DNA from: Tubiluchus corallicola
Taxonomy: Eukaryota > Animalia > Priapulida
Direction of reading: 5' to 3'
Assembly: GCA_030141605.1 (NCBI GenBank)
Contig: JAQGDQ010000070.1
Span: 248,001 to 312,000, forward strand
Length of the DNA: 64,000 nucleotides
The notes under the pieces were generated by a model. The model saw only the letters and a list, made by a program, of their open reading frames with translations, did not search any database and was not told the DNA's origin. The translations under genes and the position numbers were made by a program. The stretch's first letter is position 1. Each line of letters begins with the position of its first letter. Positions 13,801 through 26,800 of this stretch are shown here, piece after piece.

Positions 13801-15539
13801 TTTGCTTGCTTGATTTATTTGCTGAATAAAATAAGTGTGTATACTAATAACATAGGAAAATATTAACATAGGAAAATATTCCTCTGTAAAGACTAAATTG
13901 GCCAGTTTAACTGTATAGTTTTTTTACAGAATAAGTTATCAACTCAAGAGCTCGTGCACATGGCAACAGAGATTATACGAGGGGTGCAGTATCTACATAA
14001 AAAGAAAATAATTCATAAAGATTTGGCCACTAGAAACTGCATGTAAGTTCCACCGGAGTTATTTTACGATAGGGTTTGTGGTTTGTGATTATATATATAT
14101 AATAGCTCAGTGAATATGATAAATATAATAGAAAATTAGTTTTTCTGCACTTGTATTAATGGTCGAAGCTTTTAGTTGTTCTCCTTACTTGTGCGATCAT
14201 TGGCACTGTTTGAGAGCGATCTGTATTAAAGAAAGTCATAGGTTTTTATGGTTTGTTGTCACTAATCTGCTTAAATTTTTCTTGTTCACTAAGTTGAAGT
14301 TCCTAACAATGGTTGCTGAACATTATAAAAAGTCAAAACTTTCTATTGGTAAAAGCATTTTCTGTGTTACGGCAACTACACGACAAACACACATTTAAAT
14401 TTACTGTTAGTGATATTCCACTTGTACTGCTACTTTAACTTTTCTAAAAATCATTTCTGTTGCAGAGTGGATCATAATCTACATGTTAAAGTCACAGATA
14501 AAGCTTTAGCCAGGGACCTGTTTCCAAATGATTATCATTGTTTAGGAGACAATGAGAATCGACCAGTGAAATGGCTAGCCATTGAGAGTTTGATAGACAA
14601 GAGATTTTCTCCTGCCAGTGATGTGGTATGAAACCTTGACATTTTTTACACTTCATTTTGAGTCTGGGTGCAACAGTTTTGAGAGAGAGGGATCAAACTA
14701 ATTTATAATTTATCACTTTGAGTAGCTGCTAAAATGCAGATTAAAACTGACTGAGACATTTGCAATACTTTATTTCTGCATCAGAATCAGCCAAATGTAA
14801 GAACAAGACAAACATGAGAATAATGATGTTTTATAACTGGTTTTATTGTTTAGTTCATTATGTACACTGACGTTATTATCTGATTGGTAGTTATTGACAA
14901 GACTGTTTTTGTTTGCAGTGGTCATTCGGTGTGTTGTTATGGGAAATGATGACCCTCGGACAGCAGCCATACCCGGACATCGATCCGTTTGAGATGGCCA
15001 GTTATCTCAGGGAGGGGTACCGTCTGTCTCAGCCGATAAACTGTCCCGACGAACTGTAAGTAGTTCAAATGCGGGGTGCTGTTCTTCAAATCTTTTAATT
15101 GCAAGGCTAAAATCAGTAATGTAATTAAGCAACACAGTTGGTAATTTATGGCACTGTATGCTTGTACGAATCAAAGTGGAATTATATGGTGCAAGATGTT
15201 GGTAACATAAAATTACATTTCTTATCATATTCTTTTTTTTGTTTTTGAACTAACTATCTATGTAACTGTATTCTTGATAACCAGCTGTATATATCTGTTC
15301 TCAACTAAAATGTATTTGTTGCACAGTGGAAAAACTCCGATCAGTAATATTACTGTATGTCACTAATAACTCACTTTTGCATTTGTGTATTAGTATAAAT
15401 AAATGAGAAAATTACTTATTTTTTCAGTTTTGCTGTGATGGCCTGCTGTTGGGCACTCTGTCCAGATGACCGACCAAAGTTCTCACAGTTGCATCAGTGC
15501 TTACAAGACTTTTACGCCCATTTGGGACGTTTTATATGA
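1700..15539 (+). CDS. RYK: RYK/Derailed-family receptor tyrosine pseudokinase (WIF domain, TM, kinase); 11 exons, 5'-partial
   Basis: Manually spliced exons 1700-1833, 2249-2348, 7241-7471, 8825-8981, 10116-10324, 11155-11244, 12254-12462, 13930-14042, 14466-14625, 14919-15055, 15428-15539. All introns are GT-AG and phase-compatible; 1652 nt, ~550 aa. WIF ([20 protein letters not shown]), KRRK site, TM ([24 protein letters not shown]), [45 protein letters not shown]-terminus LGRFI*. Signal-peptide exon not found in the window. Confidence 0.96.
2249..2348 (+). CDS. RYK: RYK exon (WIF domain middle)
   Basis: cttcag|ATG TAT TAC; [33 protein letters not shown]; donor gtaaac. Confidence 0.9.
2611..2720. 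repeat. (TG)n/(CG)n microsatellite
   Basis: Alternating purine-pyrimidine run grading from tg to tgcg to cg. Confidence 0.95.
4318..4505. mobile_element. Possible piggyBac-type non-autonomous insertion
   Basis: GC-rich ~190 bp bounded by TTAA|CCC ... GGG|TTAA; TIR similarity does not extend much beyond the terminal CCC/GGG. Confidence 0.35.
4765..4850 (-). mobile_element. tRNA-derived SINE-like head
   Basis: Reverse strand reads ..tgtaatggttaac..gtgttcgagtcccagcggagcacag (A-box-like and B-box-like). Confidence 0.45.
7241..7471 (+). CDS. RYK: RYK exon (WIF C-part, KRRK cleavage site)
   Basis: ttgtcag|GT TTT; [23 protein letters not shown]...[12 protein letters not shown]; donor gtaagg. Confidence 0.93.
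7580..7760. repeat. (CT)n-rich microsatellite
   Basis: Imperfect ctct run. Confidence 0.9.
8825..8981 (+). CDS. RYK: RYK exon (transmembrane)
   Basis: ttttcag|AT CTG; ...[37 protein letters not shown]; donor gtgaga. Confidence 0.92.
10116..10324 (+). CDS. RYK: RYK exon (juxtamembrane, start of kinase)
   Basis: tttcag|T GAG; EVSSSHGY...[19 protein letters not shown]; donor gtatag. Confidence 0.9.
10699..10944. repeat. Recent 123-bp tandem duplication at the end of an ATTCGA-rich MITE-like element (~10390-10750)
   Basis: attcgagttcataagt.acaaattagattcgacacgaatt... at 10699 and 10822, near-identical. Confidence 0.85.
11155..11244 (+). CDS. RYK: RYK exon (kinase subdomains I-II)
   Basis: acttag|GT ACT; [30 protein letters not shown]; donor gtaaag. 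Confidence 0.93.
12254..12462 (+). CDS. RYK: RYK exon (kinase III-V)
   Basis: ttttag|AA CAA; [25 protein letters not shown]...[12 protein letters not shown]; donor gtagtc. Confidence 0.92.
13455..13472 (-). promoter_or_regulatory. CTCF-like motif
   Basis: Reverse strand TGGCCAGTAGATGGCAGC fits the CCASYAGRKGGCRS core; motif only. Confidence 0.45.
13930..14042 (+). CDS. RYK: RYK exon (kinase VI)
   Basis: ttacag|AAT; [37 protein letters not shown]; donor gtaagt. Confidence 0.95.
14466..14625 (+). CDS. RYK: RYK exon (kinase VII-IX)
   Basis: ttgcag|A GTG; [42 protein letters not shown]...ASDV; donor gtatga. Confidence 0.96.
14919..15055 (+). CDS. RYK: RYK exon (kinase IX-X)
   Basis: ttgcag|TGG; [45 protein letters not shown]; donor gtaagt. 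Confidence 0.96.
15428..15539 (+). CDS. RYK: RYK terminal coding exon
   Basis: ttttcag|T TTT; [36 protein letters not shown] (TGA at 15537-15539). Confidence 0.95.
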
Positions 15540-17659
15540 GTGGTGTCCTCTTCTAAGTGGCCATATTTAATATAAAAATCAAACAAAAGGCTGCAAGTGT
15601 GTTCAGACTAATTCTTTTGTGCCGTTCAGGAAACTGCGACCAAGAATTCAGCACACAAGAGCAGCTGAACCTTCTACAAATGCTGATAGTTGTTGCTAGA
15701 CCAGAACCCATCTCATTGCCAAGGGTCAACTCCTATCCATATCTGCAGATAACATGCAAAAATTCTGTAGTTTTTTGTGCTTGTGATATAGTTACTTAAA
15801 GCTGGATTCTCAATATGTGCTGGACTCTAACTGCTATAGTTGACAAGGTCAAATGTCGTTAGAGTAAGATCTGTCAAAGAACTCACTACTTTATTTCCAA
15901 TGTTGACTATGTGGCATTTACCTCAGTTTGAGGCATTCTAGTTATGGACTCGATAGCGTAAACTAGTGCTCATTTGATGTGTGATCGCCAAGGCATGCAA
16001 TAGTTTTTGAACATCGTCATTTTTGTTTTGCTGTCTGGATGTGCGTTCTAGGTCAGATAAGACTAATGCAAATCCACTATAGTAATATTTGAAAATGGAT
16101 TATTTTCATTGTCTACTGCTGATCATTTTATATCAATTTTGTTTTCAATATGGCAATTAGAGGAATAGTATTTGTAGTTTTTATTTATTGTGTCTATCAT
16201 GGTGCTATCAGTTAATGATGAATCATGTTCCAAAACTTGCAATAATTGTCATCTGCATATTTGAACCATCGTTAGTTTGATTTACGCGTTTTGTCTGAAT
16301 GTAGACAGCAGTATTTGAGCATGTGTGCAAAAATGCCAGCTTCTCAATTTTTAGCACAAATTGTTTGACTAAAAAATGAATCACAGTGTTTTCAATCACT
16401 GCAACACTCGTGTTTCAACATGTAAAAACATTTACTTCCCCAATCTTCCATCTGACTTGTTCATTTCAACATTTTTTTATTCCATAGAGTGCGCAGTCAT
16501 ATTTGTTGCCGTAAGACATTTGTGACGACAATAATGGCAAGTTCTTCCGATGCCTAACGCAGGTTTTCTTTTTCGATCAACCAGTCAATTTTGGAAGCAG
16601 CAACTGTCTTTCAACATGCCTTCCTCTTGGGACACTAAGCCTTTGCTGCTAGTATCAAATTCTAATCCAAGTCCTAATCCATGGAAAACGAGTTAATTAT
16701 TGTAGTTTACATTAAATCTACATTACTGTAGTTTTTTTGAACTTTGTAAGTGATCGAAATTTAGCAGCTCTAGGTTATTTTATTCATTTATTTTGGAGTC
16801 CAGAGCCTAAAAATAAATACATACAAACAGTAAATGATCGAATTGCAATAATACAAATTTGTACGTAAAATACAGTACAAATACTCAGTAAATTATTACT
16901 GAGAACATACGTATTTTAAATTAAAAAAAGCTGCATAGTCATGGATGAAGACACTGAGCTAGGCTAAGTTTTGAGATTTGTGGTTATGCATCAATGAAAT
17001 AACGTTGCAAATTCATGGCACAGATTCTCAGATGCTGTTGTAAGCAGATATGTAATCATTTGATTTTCTTTATTTTCAGTTGGTAGTATTTGAATTAAGT
17101 AACAGCTCGTTCAATTCACCGTTTCATCCATGTAATGTAATATTTATAACGTGAGCACTTATGCTAGTCGTTTTGTAATTTTGTGCATTTTGCTTGTACA
17201 TTTTTGTAAAAAAGATTTTTATTGACGTAGTAACCTTATTGTAAAATTTATGGTTCCAAATCGGAATCGTACATACTGTACACTTAGCCAATAGTGAAAT
17301 TAAAATATCGCCACTGTAGTATTTAATATTATCATAGATTTGTCATGAAAATATAATAATTGTATATCAAATTTTCTTGTTATGTTAATATTTTTTGTTA
17401 TACTTAATAATTTTTTCTCGATAAGCACAACATCGATGAAAACCTACAGCAAATATTTGCTAAATTTTTGACAATTTTCCAGCATGATTTTTCTTGGTAG
17501 AGGTATCGGCACACTCTCGGGTTTTATTGAAACAATGTCATTTTTGGTTCACGTTTACATCATCATAAATGTGTGTAGCGGTGTGCAAGACCAGAAAAAC
17601 ATATTTAGATGGTAAAATTCAGGATTTATTTGCAGATGTCGACATGGGTAAGATGTTTA

Positions 17660-17835
17660 GTTAGGTCTGTGTGTCTGTCTGTACAATAAAGAAGCAAAAT
17701 GGATGAAACTAGAACCACCTAAACTTAGCACAGTGACATGTCCATGCAAGACAAGGAAGTCCACTGTTTTCTGGTTCAAAAGGTCAAGGTCACAAGTCGA
17801 AAATGGCAAAATAAAATTTTGGCTGCAGTGACTTC
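17660..17835. mobile_element. Decayed non-autonomous repeat with gtctgt microsatellite and AAGGTCAAGGTCA signature
   Basis: gtctgtgtgtctgtctgt followed by aaaggtcaaggtcac, a layout common in invertebrate interspersed repeats. Confidence 0.4.
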
Positions 17836-19269
17836 ATGTAAAGGTCATGTAAGTCTGCACCTCTTTTGATTGCCCGCTTTTAAGTTGCTGCTTGAATACT
17901 AACGTAGATCCGATGGCAGTTTTTGTTTCGTCTAGGAAAATGGGTTATTTTTGTTTACTAATCATTTTATTGCAGTGATAATGTCAATTATACCTCAGCT
18001 AATTTGCTGCATGAACTTACAATTTGTGCGCGTCTTTATTCCAAAGCCTTCCATTGTGAATATATAAATCCAACAGTTCGTTGTTACAGTTACAATTTTG
18101 AACTTGTTGATGATTTAGACCTTTCGGTGACCTTTGACCATACTTACTCGGGGACATCCATAGTCTTCTGACAATGTTGCTTACTTAGCTTATTATTTTA
18201 AGATTTTTATTTTTCTGATTTGCATAAATATACATCAAATTATGTAATACATTTCGTAATAGCAATAACAATATTTCGTTGACAAAGGGTTAAGCACAAA
18301 CCGACCTCAATGAGTAGAGTAAGCCTTCACGCCTCCCTCCGTGGCTGTGGCAAGCATCAGTGCAGAGGCAATCTAAATGTTAGTGAATAATTATGTTAAA
18401 AAACGTAGTACGAGAAAATGAGTAATTTTGGCATTAAAAACACGCAGTACAAGTAAATTCAAACTGATGATATTAATATCGCATAGTAAAATTTCCGTAG
18501 TTGATGAAAGTCAGCTAGCAACCACAAATATGCAAAACGTATCGATATCAAAAAAATGCGGTATTTGTGCCAAGCACCAAGTATTTTTTATACAATTTGG
18601 AACACTGCAAGACGGAATCCAGCATTCAGTTGTAGATCCTCCTTCAAGTAAATGGTTGCAGCGAGACCGGAGACTGACTGATTATCAAGGCTAAGCATCT
18701 AAGATGAGTAGAACCGGCAGAGATATCTCAATCACGTTTAAATTTACACGCAACCTCTGCCTAAACAGACTGAAACCACATGGCGAACGAAATTGCACAA
18801 AGTCAAAGCGAGAATGGAAGTGGTTCAGTCTCGTTCACTGACCAGCCTCTGCATCAGTTTCAACATCTTTCCACATGCACGATACCTTATTCACTCAGCC
18901 ATTCACCTCTATCTAACTCCCGATTAAATATAAGAAATAAAACGATTGCTAAAATTAATAGAGTAGATCAGTTCCTCTTCCCCGTTTTTTGATTTATGAA
19001 CTATAGCTGTAACTATTACAGGCATTTCGTCAAAATCCGAGAAGCTAGGGCATGGTTACCAGCACACATTATTCTAATGTTTATATAATCTTTTTATTGG
19101 ACAAATCTAGTCTGTTTTAATCTACTTAGGACAAAAGTTTAATAAAGCACACGTACAACATATATGCTGAAGGGTGAATATAAATTTTTTACCTGCGATG
19201 CAATTATTATGAACGTATGAAGAGGAGGTTTTTGGGAAAAACGTTTATGCGACTATGATATATCTAAAA

Positions 19270-19350
19270 ATGACGTCTACTGGCTAACGGTATCTGACGT
19301 CTTTAGTGACGTCATAAACGTTTTTAGTGCATTAAAACGTCTAGCAACAA
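19270..19350 (+). promoter_or_regulatory. Candidate promoter: CRE sites plus X-box half-site
   Basis: TGACGTC x3 (full TGACGTCA at ~19307) and ctagcaac, just upstream of a strong donor CAG|GTAAAT at 19443. Confidence 0.4.
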
Positions 19351-19563
19351 AATCTTCGTAACCGTTGACATTCAGCAGACAGTTGAAGAAGCTCATGTAA
19401 CTCGTTTCGGTTGAAGTTCTAAAGGAAAAAGAAATATCTGCAGGTAAATATTATGAAATCGTTCCCAAATTCTCTCCATTACAATGGCCAGAAAGGCAGA
19501 AATATCATTTTTATCTTGCTACTTCATTATTCTAGTGAGAACAAGAAAGCTGCAAGAACCTGT

Positions 19564-22500
19564 ATGAATTGGAAAGTGTGGAATACGGTGAGTTCCATGT
19601 TTCCTTGCTTAGCAAAATAGCTAACTTAGTAGCTAGGTTAATAACTTCTCTCTCTCATTCACAGTTCCTTCCGTGTTTGACCTCTCAACCAAACACTCTT
19701 TTCTCATTATTTGCCTATTGCTCTTTCTTGCCTCCTTTTCTTTCATCTTTTATGATTTTTTTCTGTTTGTAATCTCCCAACCTGTCCATCTTCTCAGCCA
19801 ATCACTTAGTCTCCACTCTCTCCTCCCCTCTTTCTGTTATCCTTCCCGTCTTTCTCTATTCCTTCTTTATTCACAAGCTGTCGGCTTATCAATCATTCTC
19901 CTATTTAAACTACAGTTTCTTCTTTCGCTCCTTCTGTTTCTCTCCCTCTTTCATTCGTTTTGCCTGCAAACCAAACTACACAGTTCTTAATCCGCTTCAA
20001 GAATTAATTTTTTGTGTGGAGAATTTAAAATTATAGGAATAAAAATTGAAGCGGTTAAAAATAACAGCTACTTTTCCATGTGCGTATCGACACTGCAAAC
20101 TAAAATTCGTTATTCAATTGTAAGTAGCTTGATAGGAATGATCGATGATAAACCTAGAGCTAAGAGGAGGCGTTGAAACACAGAAGTGTGATCCACCGTT
20201 TCAAATAGGCTGTGAAGACGAACAGTCAAGATCTGTATGACAAAACCACCCGAAATGATTATCAAAGCCGGTGGTCACCTAATCACCTTTTCTAAAAACT
20301 AACTAAAATAACATCTATTTTTGTCTGCACCGGTTTTTTGAGTAGCAGATATTTAGTTTTAACCCTGGTGTATTGGCTTACTTGTATCGAATCTTAAATT
20401 GTAATGACCACTGAAAGGTACAAATTTTACAAGTAAACATTACATTAAGTTCTTAAGTATAATGCGCAAACAGTGTTGCGTCATTTGACAAGTGATGTGA
20501 TTTTCATGACGTAAGAATGCCGTTGCTAGGCGACCGTCAATTATGTCATTTCATTATCGTTGCATTTTTGGAAGAGGAAAGCTGTGTTATTTAAAGCAGC
20601 GATCAAATTTTTAGAACAAATATATAACTGAATCAGTTATAAACAGGACGAATAACTGCAATGTCCAGAGAGGACTAAAAATTGGATGTATATTTCTAGG
20701 GTTTACAATGTTTCTGGGTCCACCAAAGAGATGACCGCTTCGAGCAGGAGTGGTAAGACATCATTTTTCTCAAGAGTGTTCAGCACTTATAATTTCTTAA
20801 TAAAGGTTCCACAATACGTTTCTGGGGTTTACGTTGCATTAACAGCTTCTTTTACAGTTGTAGTCCTCAAGTGAAGATTTGTGAAGAATTGAGACCCACA
20901 GCTGTTGAGATCCACACCACATGGAAAATGTAAGTCTCGTTTCCAATTGCTCATTAAGTATGTTTGTAAATATTTACGCAGCCAGATACACATAGTAAAT
21001 ATAGAACATAAGCTGGTGCCGGCTATCTGCGTTAATGTACCCGTATTTTATCAATATGTTTTTATTAGTATTCCTTAAAAGTAATTTTTATTTTTGCGTT
21101 AAAGGATAGTCTCATTCGTCTTTCTTGACACTCTTTGCAAAATCAATTTTCTTTACCAAAGGCTGCTTCTTTCTGCTTCATTCTATGTGTCATATCCGAT
21201 CCTGTTCTATCAAAATAAAGCTGTTCTTACCAGTCACGTGCTTGTCTTGCCATGTGATATCCATTCCTGTCTTGTCTGCTGAATGACGACTGACCAACCC
21301 GTTCCTGTCTTGTCCTGTCCTGTTTTGTTCTGTTCTGTCCTGTACTACCCTGTCCTGCCCTGTCCTGTTCTGTCGTGTCCTGTTCTGTCCTGACCACTCC
21401 TGTTCTGTTATGTTCTGACCTGTCCTGTCCTGTCCAGCCCTGTCCTGTCATATCCTGTCCTGTTTTGTCCTGTGTTGGTTTGTGCCACCTTAATGCATTG
21501 TTGATCTATACTGCTTGGTGTCTGATCTGGTTCAATCTTATCTTGTCTTGTTCTATCCTTTCCTTTCCTGTCCTATCCTTTTTTGCCACGTGCTGTCTAC
21601 TCATGACTGTTTTGCTCTATAACATCTGAGTCTCTAGTTTTGTCCTGTCAGAAAAGGGTTTTGTCGCTTCTCTTGTTCTGTTGTCTCTTGCCTTGTTTTG
21701 ATCTCTCCCGTCCTGTCCCATCCAGGCCTGCTGTGCCTTGTTTTATGTTGTCTGTTATGTCCAGACTTGTTGTGCCCTATCCCGTTCACTCCTTTCTACT
21801 TCATCCTGTCACGTCCTGTCCTATCATGTTATATCTTGTATATATGTTTTGCCCTGTCCTGTAAAATCAAGCTGTCCAGACCAGTCCGTGTCTTGTCTGC
21901 CAAGTGGCCTGTCTTGTGCTGTGCTGCCTTTCCCTATCTTGCCCAGTTCTGTTCTGCCTTGTATAGTCCAGCTTATGCCTTTCCTGCGTAGCCTATCCCG
22001 TGCTGTCCCAGTCTATCCTGCTCAAGTTTGTTGTGCCTGCTTTACACTGATCTATCCTGCACCATCCTTTTGCTCTGCATTGTCTGACTGCTTTAAAACT
22101 AAGCTGTTTTGGCCAAATGCCAAATCTAAAATTAACTTGCCGCGTGCCCTGTCCTGCCTGTCTTGTCCTACTGTATGCAATCCTGTCCTTTTCTGGCCTA
22201 TCTGGCTTATCCTATCCTGTCCTGTCCTATCCCGCCCTGCCCTGCACTGCCCTTCTCCGTCCCATTCTATTATACTGAGACCAACCTTGCCTTGTACCTG
22301 CCCCTTTGCTGTTCCGTCTTTTCATATCCTTCCTATCCTATCCTGCTTATCCCATTGTATGATATCCTCCTTCAGTCCTGTCATGGGCACCCATTCCTAC
22401 TCCATCCTGTCATGTCTTGCCTGGCCCTTTTCTCTGCTCTGTCTTGTCCAGCTCTGTCTTATCCTGTCGTATTTCATCCTGCATCACCCACTCCTGTTCT

Positions 22501-23242
22501 TTACTGGCAATTGTCACATCCTCCCCTGGTTTTACTCTTATTCTACCTGTCCAGTCCAACCTGTCCTGGCCAGCCCAGTCTTTTCTACCCACATAGACCA
22601 TCCTGTTAATTCCAGTCTTGTCCTGCATTGTCTTGTCATGCCCCATCCTACTCATATAACAAATATTTTTGATCATTTGGGAATTTGAAAATACATCTCA
22701 TACTGCACAATTCATTATTCTTTAAATTAATTTTTAAAACTTAAATCACCACGCATGCACGCACGCACACACACACACATGCATGTATGTATATGTATAT
22801 GTATATGTATGTATATATAACCCAGTCCTGTTTTGTTTTCTCCTCCAAGTATCGTCCAACCCAGGTCCTTTATTCTGTGGTGTGCTGTCCTTTGCGTCTT
22901 TGTTGCTAAAGAAATTTAGCGTGGTTAGTGAGGTCATAAACGGTTGCTCGTCATAGTTTCTTAACTTTGCGAACCGTTCTGCAGAGATTTAATGAAACCC
23001 ATGCAGGAAGTTAAGTACGTTTTAAGAAAAGTGCTAAAGTTAAAAGAGATTTCTATTTAAATATACTGCAAAAATCTTCAAGTTTCCTTATTGTAACTTG
23101 GCCAGTAATTATGCCTGCGGTGACAAAATTTTTATTCATTTTTTTTGTTTCTAGTACGGACAAGAAAACTGTAAGAAACTTAGTTGCAGAGTGGAGAATG
23201 GTGGAAGTGGAGTATGACAGTTCATGGAACAAGTTTCAGTAA
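19564..23242 (+). CDS. Hypothetical spliced small protein (78 aa) or pseudogene
   Basis: Exons 19564-19587, 20700-20752, 20858-20929, 23155-23242 with donors gtgagt/gtaaga/gtaagt and pyrimidine-rich acceptors; phases 0/2/2 give an open frame MNWKVWNTGLQCFWVHQRDDRFEQECCSPQVKICEELRPTAVEIHTTWKITDKKTVRNLVAEWRMVEVEYDSSWNKFQ*. No family recognised. Confidence 0.35.
20475..20535 (+). promoter_or_regulatory. RFX X-box-like motif with ATF/CRE-like sites
   Basis: GTTGCTAGGCGAC at 20522-20534; ATGACGTAA at ~20506; TTGCGTCAT at ~20476. Confidence 0.4.
21290..22650. repeat. Degenerate pentanucleotide (CCTGT)n satellite
   Basis: Pervasive tcctg/tcttg 5-mer periodicity; explains the spurious Cys/Pro/Leu ORFs. 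Confidence 0.85.
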
Positions 23243-23869
23243 TGATTTCTTGCTTGCCACGAAGGTTACCTAGCAGGTACAGCTTTTTATTCATGAGCAT
23301 CAGCCGCGCGGATTGCCATTCAATTCCCTTTATTTTCAGATAGGGTCTTTTAAAGGCCTGAGATAGGAGCGAAAATGCGTAACATTGAATGAGTCTTAAA
23401 ACTAGAGTCACTAAACTCGCAGGGTAAACACCCGAGCAAGTGGCTCAGGAAATGATGAAGTTAAAAACCACACTCGGCCAGGTATAGCCAGATATAAGCA
23501 CAGTCATGACAATACCCTTGTACATTTGGACTTAAATTTATCCAGTCTGTTAAAAACCTATTCATTTTTCTGCGCAGTGCAATTCGCTGACATTGCCATA
23601 ATCGATGTCCAACTGTTCAGTGACAAAACACAGGTTTCCAGCCAAATAAGATTTTTACTTATATAGACCAAAGCCATTATATTTTTGTACAGTTCAGTAC
23701 ACTACAAACAGGAGTCCGGCACTCATTGGCTATACCTATACTTATCGTGGATGATTGTGACATGACCGGTACTTTGTTAATTTTCAAATTTATTTTCAAA
23801 AATGTCAAGAACTGACAGAGAGTCTTAGCCATGTTCGAATGTATATAACCTTTAGTGAGGGTTATTTTT

Positions 23870-26800
23870 GGGACGGCCATCAGGTTTTCTTAAGGCAATA
23901 TTAATTAGCAAGACTGATCAGATTTAATAAATTTAGTTTTGATAAAATTACTTATCATGTTATATTCATCATTACCATGTCAAGGACCATTTATTGTTAC
24001 ACCACACTGTGTCATGATTATCACACATTTAGATTGTTACTCGTTTACTGACTGTCACTTTTCATGTCAAAATCGAGTTTTTACCAAGCTGTACCCGATG
24101 CTGTTAATCTCAAATGCACAAGCTTATGTGAAAGTCATACCTTCAATTAGGCAACGTGGACAGAAAGAACACTGATGACCTTACACAAGAAAACATTCTC
24201 AGTGTCATAAGATTTCAAGACAAAAGGCACCGATACAGTTGAAAGAGCACCTGCAAAAACCCAAACAACCAGCACTTATGAAGCAATGAAACTTGCCATG
24301 TCTGCTGGAAGATCTTACCGTAATATCATGGAATCATGACCATCTTTCATGACGCCATGATTAGGTTGTCACACATCATTTAGTCAAGTTGTAATTAGAT
24401 AGAATGATAGATATAATAATTTTCACAAAATTTCTGTGTCAGCCATCATGTTTTTATTAGGGCAATTAGTTAGCAAGATTGTTGTGATTTTATAAATAAA
24501 GTTTTATCTGATTCATGCATCATCATATCATGGTAGTGACACCACGTCGTGCCATGGTTAGATTGTTACGCACCACTTAGTGAAGTTGTACTAATTATAT
24601 AATTAGATCGTATTACATAGTTGGTCTTAATTAAGTTACTTGTCATATCATGGGTACAGCACAGGTTTTCCTTCTTGAATTACCTGCGAACTATGCAGCT
24701 GAGGCACCCCTTTCCCTCTGTAGCCTCAGGAGAGTGGCACAGAAGATTTTGGTGGACTGAGCTAATGAGCTAGTGGTTTTCTAGAAGATCTCCACTAGAA
24801 CAGTTTGACAAAACATTTATGCAGTACGAAGGAGCCTTGCAATGGCTCATAGGGCGAACTGCAACATATTTTTCAGACTTTGGTGCCTTCCTGAAGCAGC
24901 CATAAAGGCACGTTCTAACTATTGGTGAGTGCTATTTTTTATTAGGTGACACCAACTTGTAGATCGTATTACATAGTTGGTCTTAATTAAGTTACTTGTC
25001 ATATCGCAGGCACGGCACATGTTTTTCTTCTTGAATTACCTGTGAACTGAAGAACTGAGGTGCCCCTTTGCTATGCAGCCTCAGAAAGATAGCTCTTCAG
25101 TGCTTTCTGTGCTTTCTTGTTCCTGGATGGCAATACATAAAAAAGTAGATTTTGGTGGACTGAACCAGTGGACTTGCAGAATACCTGTACAGCATACAAA
25201 AAAAAGTCTTGCAGTGGCAATTTTGGTAAACTGAAACATATTCTTCAGACCTTGTCCACCTGCTGGAGCAGCCATAAAGGTACGGTCTGATATTTGGTGA
25301 GTGCTATTCTGTGATATCTAAGAGTTTGCCAATGTTTTTAACTAGTGAAATGTATTAGTTATCTCTAATATATTTAGTATTAATTGAATTACTCTTCATA
25401 CCACATGTGTAGCATGGGTGCAATAGAGAAGATGAGCTACCCCTGTCCTTCTGCAGCTCCTATCACAGGAGATTTTGGGAGTCAGACCATAAAACTCTTC
25501 CAATCAGACTAAGGAGCAGTACCAAGACGCATTCTGAGGCTCATTAAAAGACGTTTTGCAGTTTTATGTAGTGGCATTTATAGTGAGTTGAAAGCTGTTC
25601 TTCAGATTCTGCCCACTTTCTCCAGCAGCCCAATGAACATTTTTATTGCGATCTACATGCCATTGGAATCTGGTGTTTATCTGACAAAAGAGCTACTGCG
25701 ACCGTGTACTAGATGTTGCATGTTAATATCAAAATGCACAAGCTTCTGTGAAAGTCATACCTGAAATTAGGCAACATGGACAGCAACACTGATGAATTTA
25801 GACAAGTATCCTCTGTGCCATAACATAAATTTATAATGCAGCAGAATTTTTCAAAAGTAAATGAAGAGATATGCAGGTCAAATGGCAGTGATGCAAACAG
25901 TGTTAGGAAAACTCAAACCACCAACCCTCGTGAAACAATATACGTACTAATCTTCATTGGGGTTTCTGACATCAGCCATCAGGGTTTTATTAAGGCAATT
26001 AGTTAGCAAGATTGTTGTGGTTTATGAATAAAGTTTTATTTGAATCATGCATCATCATATCATGGTAGTGACCATTTATCGTTACACCACGTCGTGCCAT
26101 GATTAGATTGTTACGCACCACTTAGTGAAGTTGTACTAATTATATAATTAGATCGTATTACATAGTTGGTCTTAATTAAGTTACTTGTCATATCATGGGT
26201 ACAGCACAGGTTTTTCTTCTTGAATTACCTGTGAACAGGGGAGTTGAGGTGCCCCCTTCCCTCTGTAGCCTCAGGAGAGTGGCTCTTCCATGCTTTCTTC
26301 TTCCCGGATGATGATTCTTTTGCCATAGTAGACTTCAGTACACGGAACTAGAGGTTTTTCTAAAGACTTCCACTGGGACAATGGGACAACTCATTTATGC
26401 AGTCTGAAGGAACCTTGTAGCGGCACTCAGGGTGAACTCCAACATATTTTTCAGACTTTGGTGTCCGGCTGCAGCAGCCCTAAAGGTACGTTCTAAATAT
26501 TGGTGAGTGCTATTTTTTATTATGTGACATCAACTTGTTTTCTAAAGTCATTAATTAGTGAAAGCCAGCAATTATCGCTAATACATTTAGTCTTAATTAT
26601 GAAGCATTTGTCATATCATAGGCACAGCACATGTTTTTCTTCTTGAATTACCTGTGAACAGGAAACTGAGGTGCCCCCTTCGCTATGTAGCCTCAGAAGA
26701 ACGGCTCTTCAGTGCTTTCTTGTTCCTGGATGGCAATACACAAAAAAGAGTAAACTTTGGTGGACTGAACCAGTGGTCTTGCAGAATACCTGTACAGCAT

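Noticed and set aside
21227-22688. 316-aa and overlapping Cys/Pro/Leu-rich ORFs
   Set aside because: By-product of a stop-poor degenerate (CCTGT)n satellite
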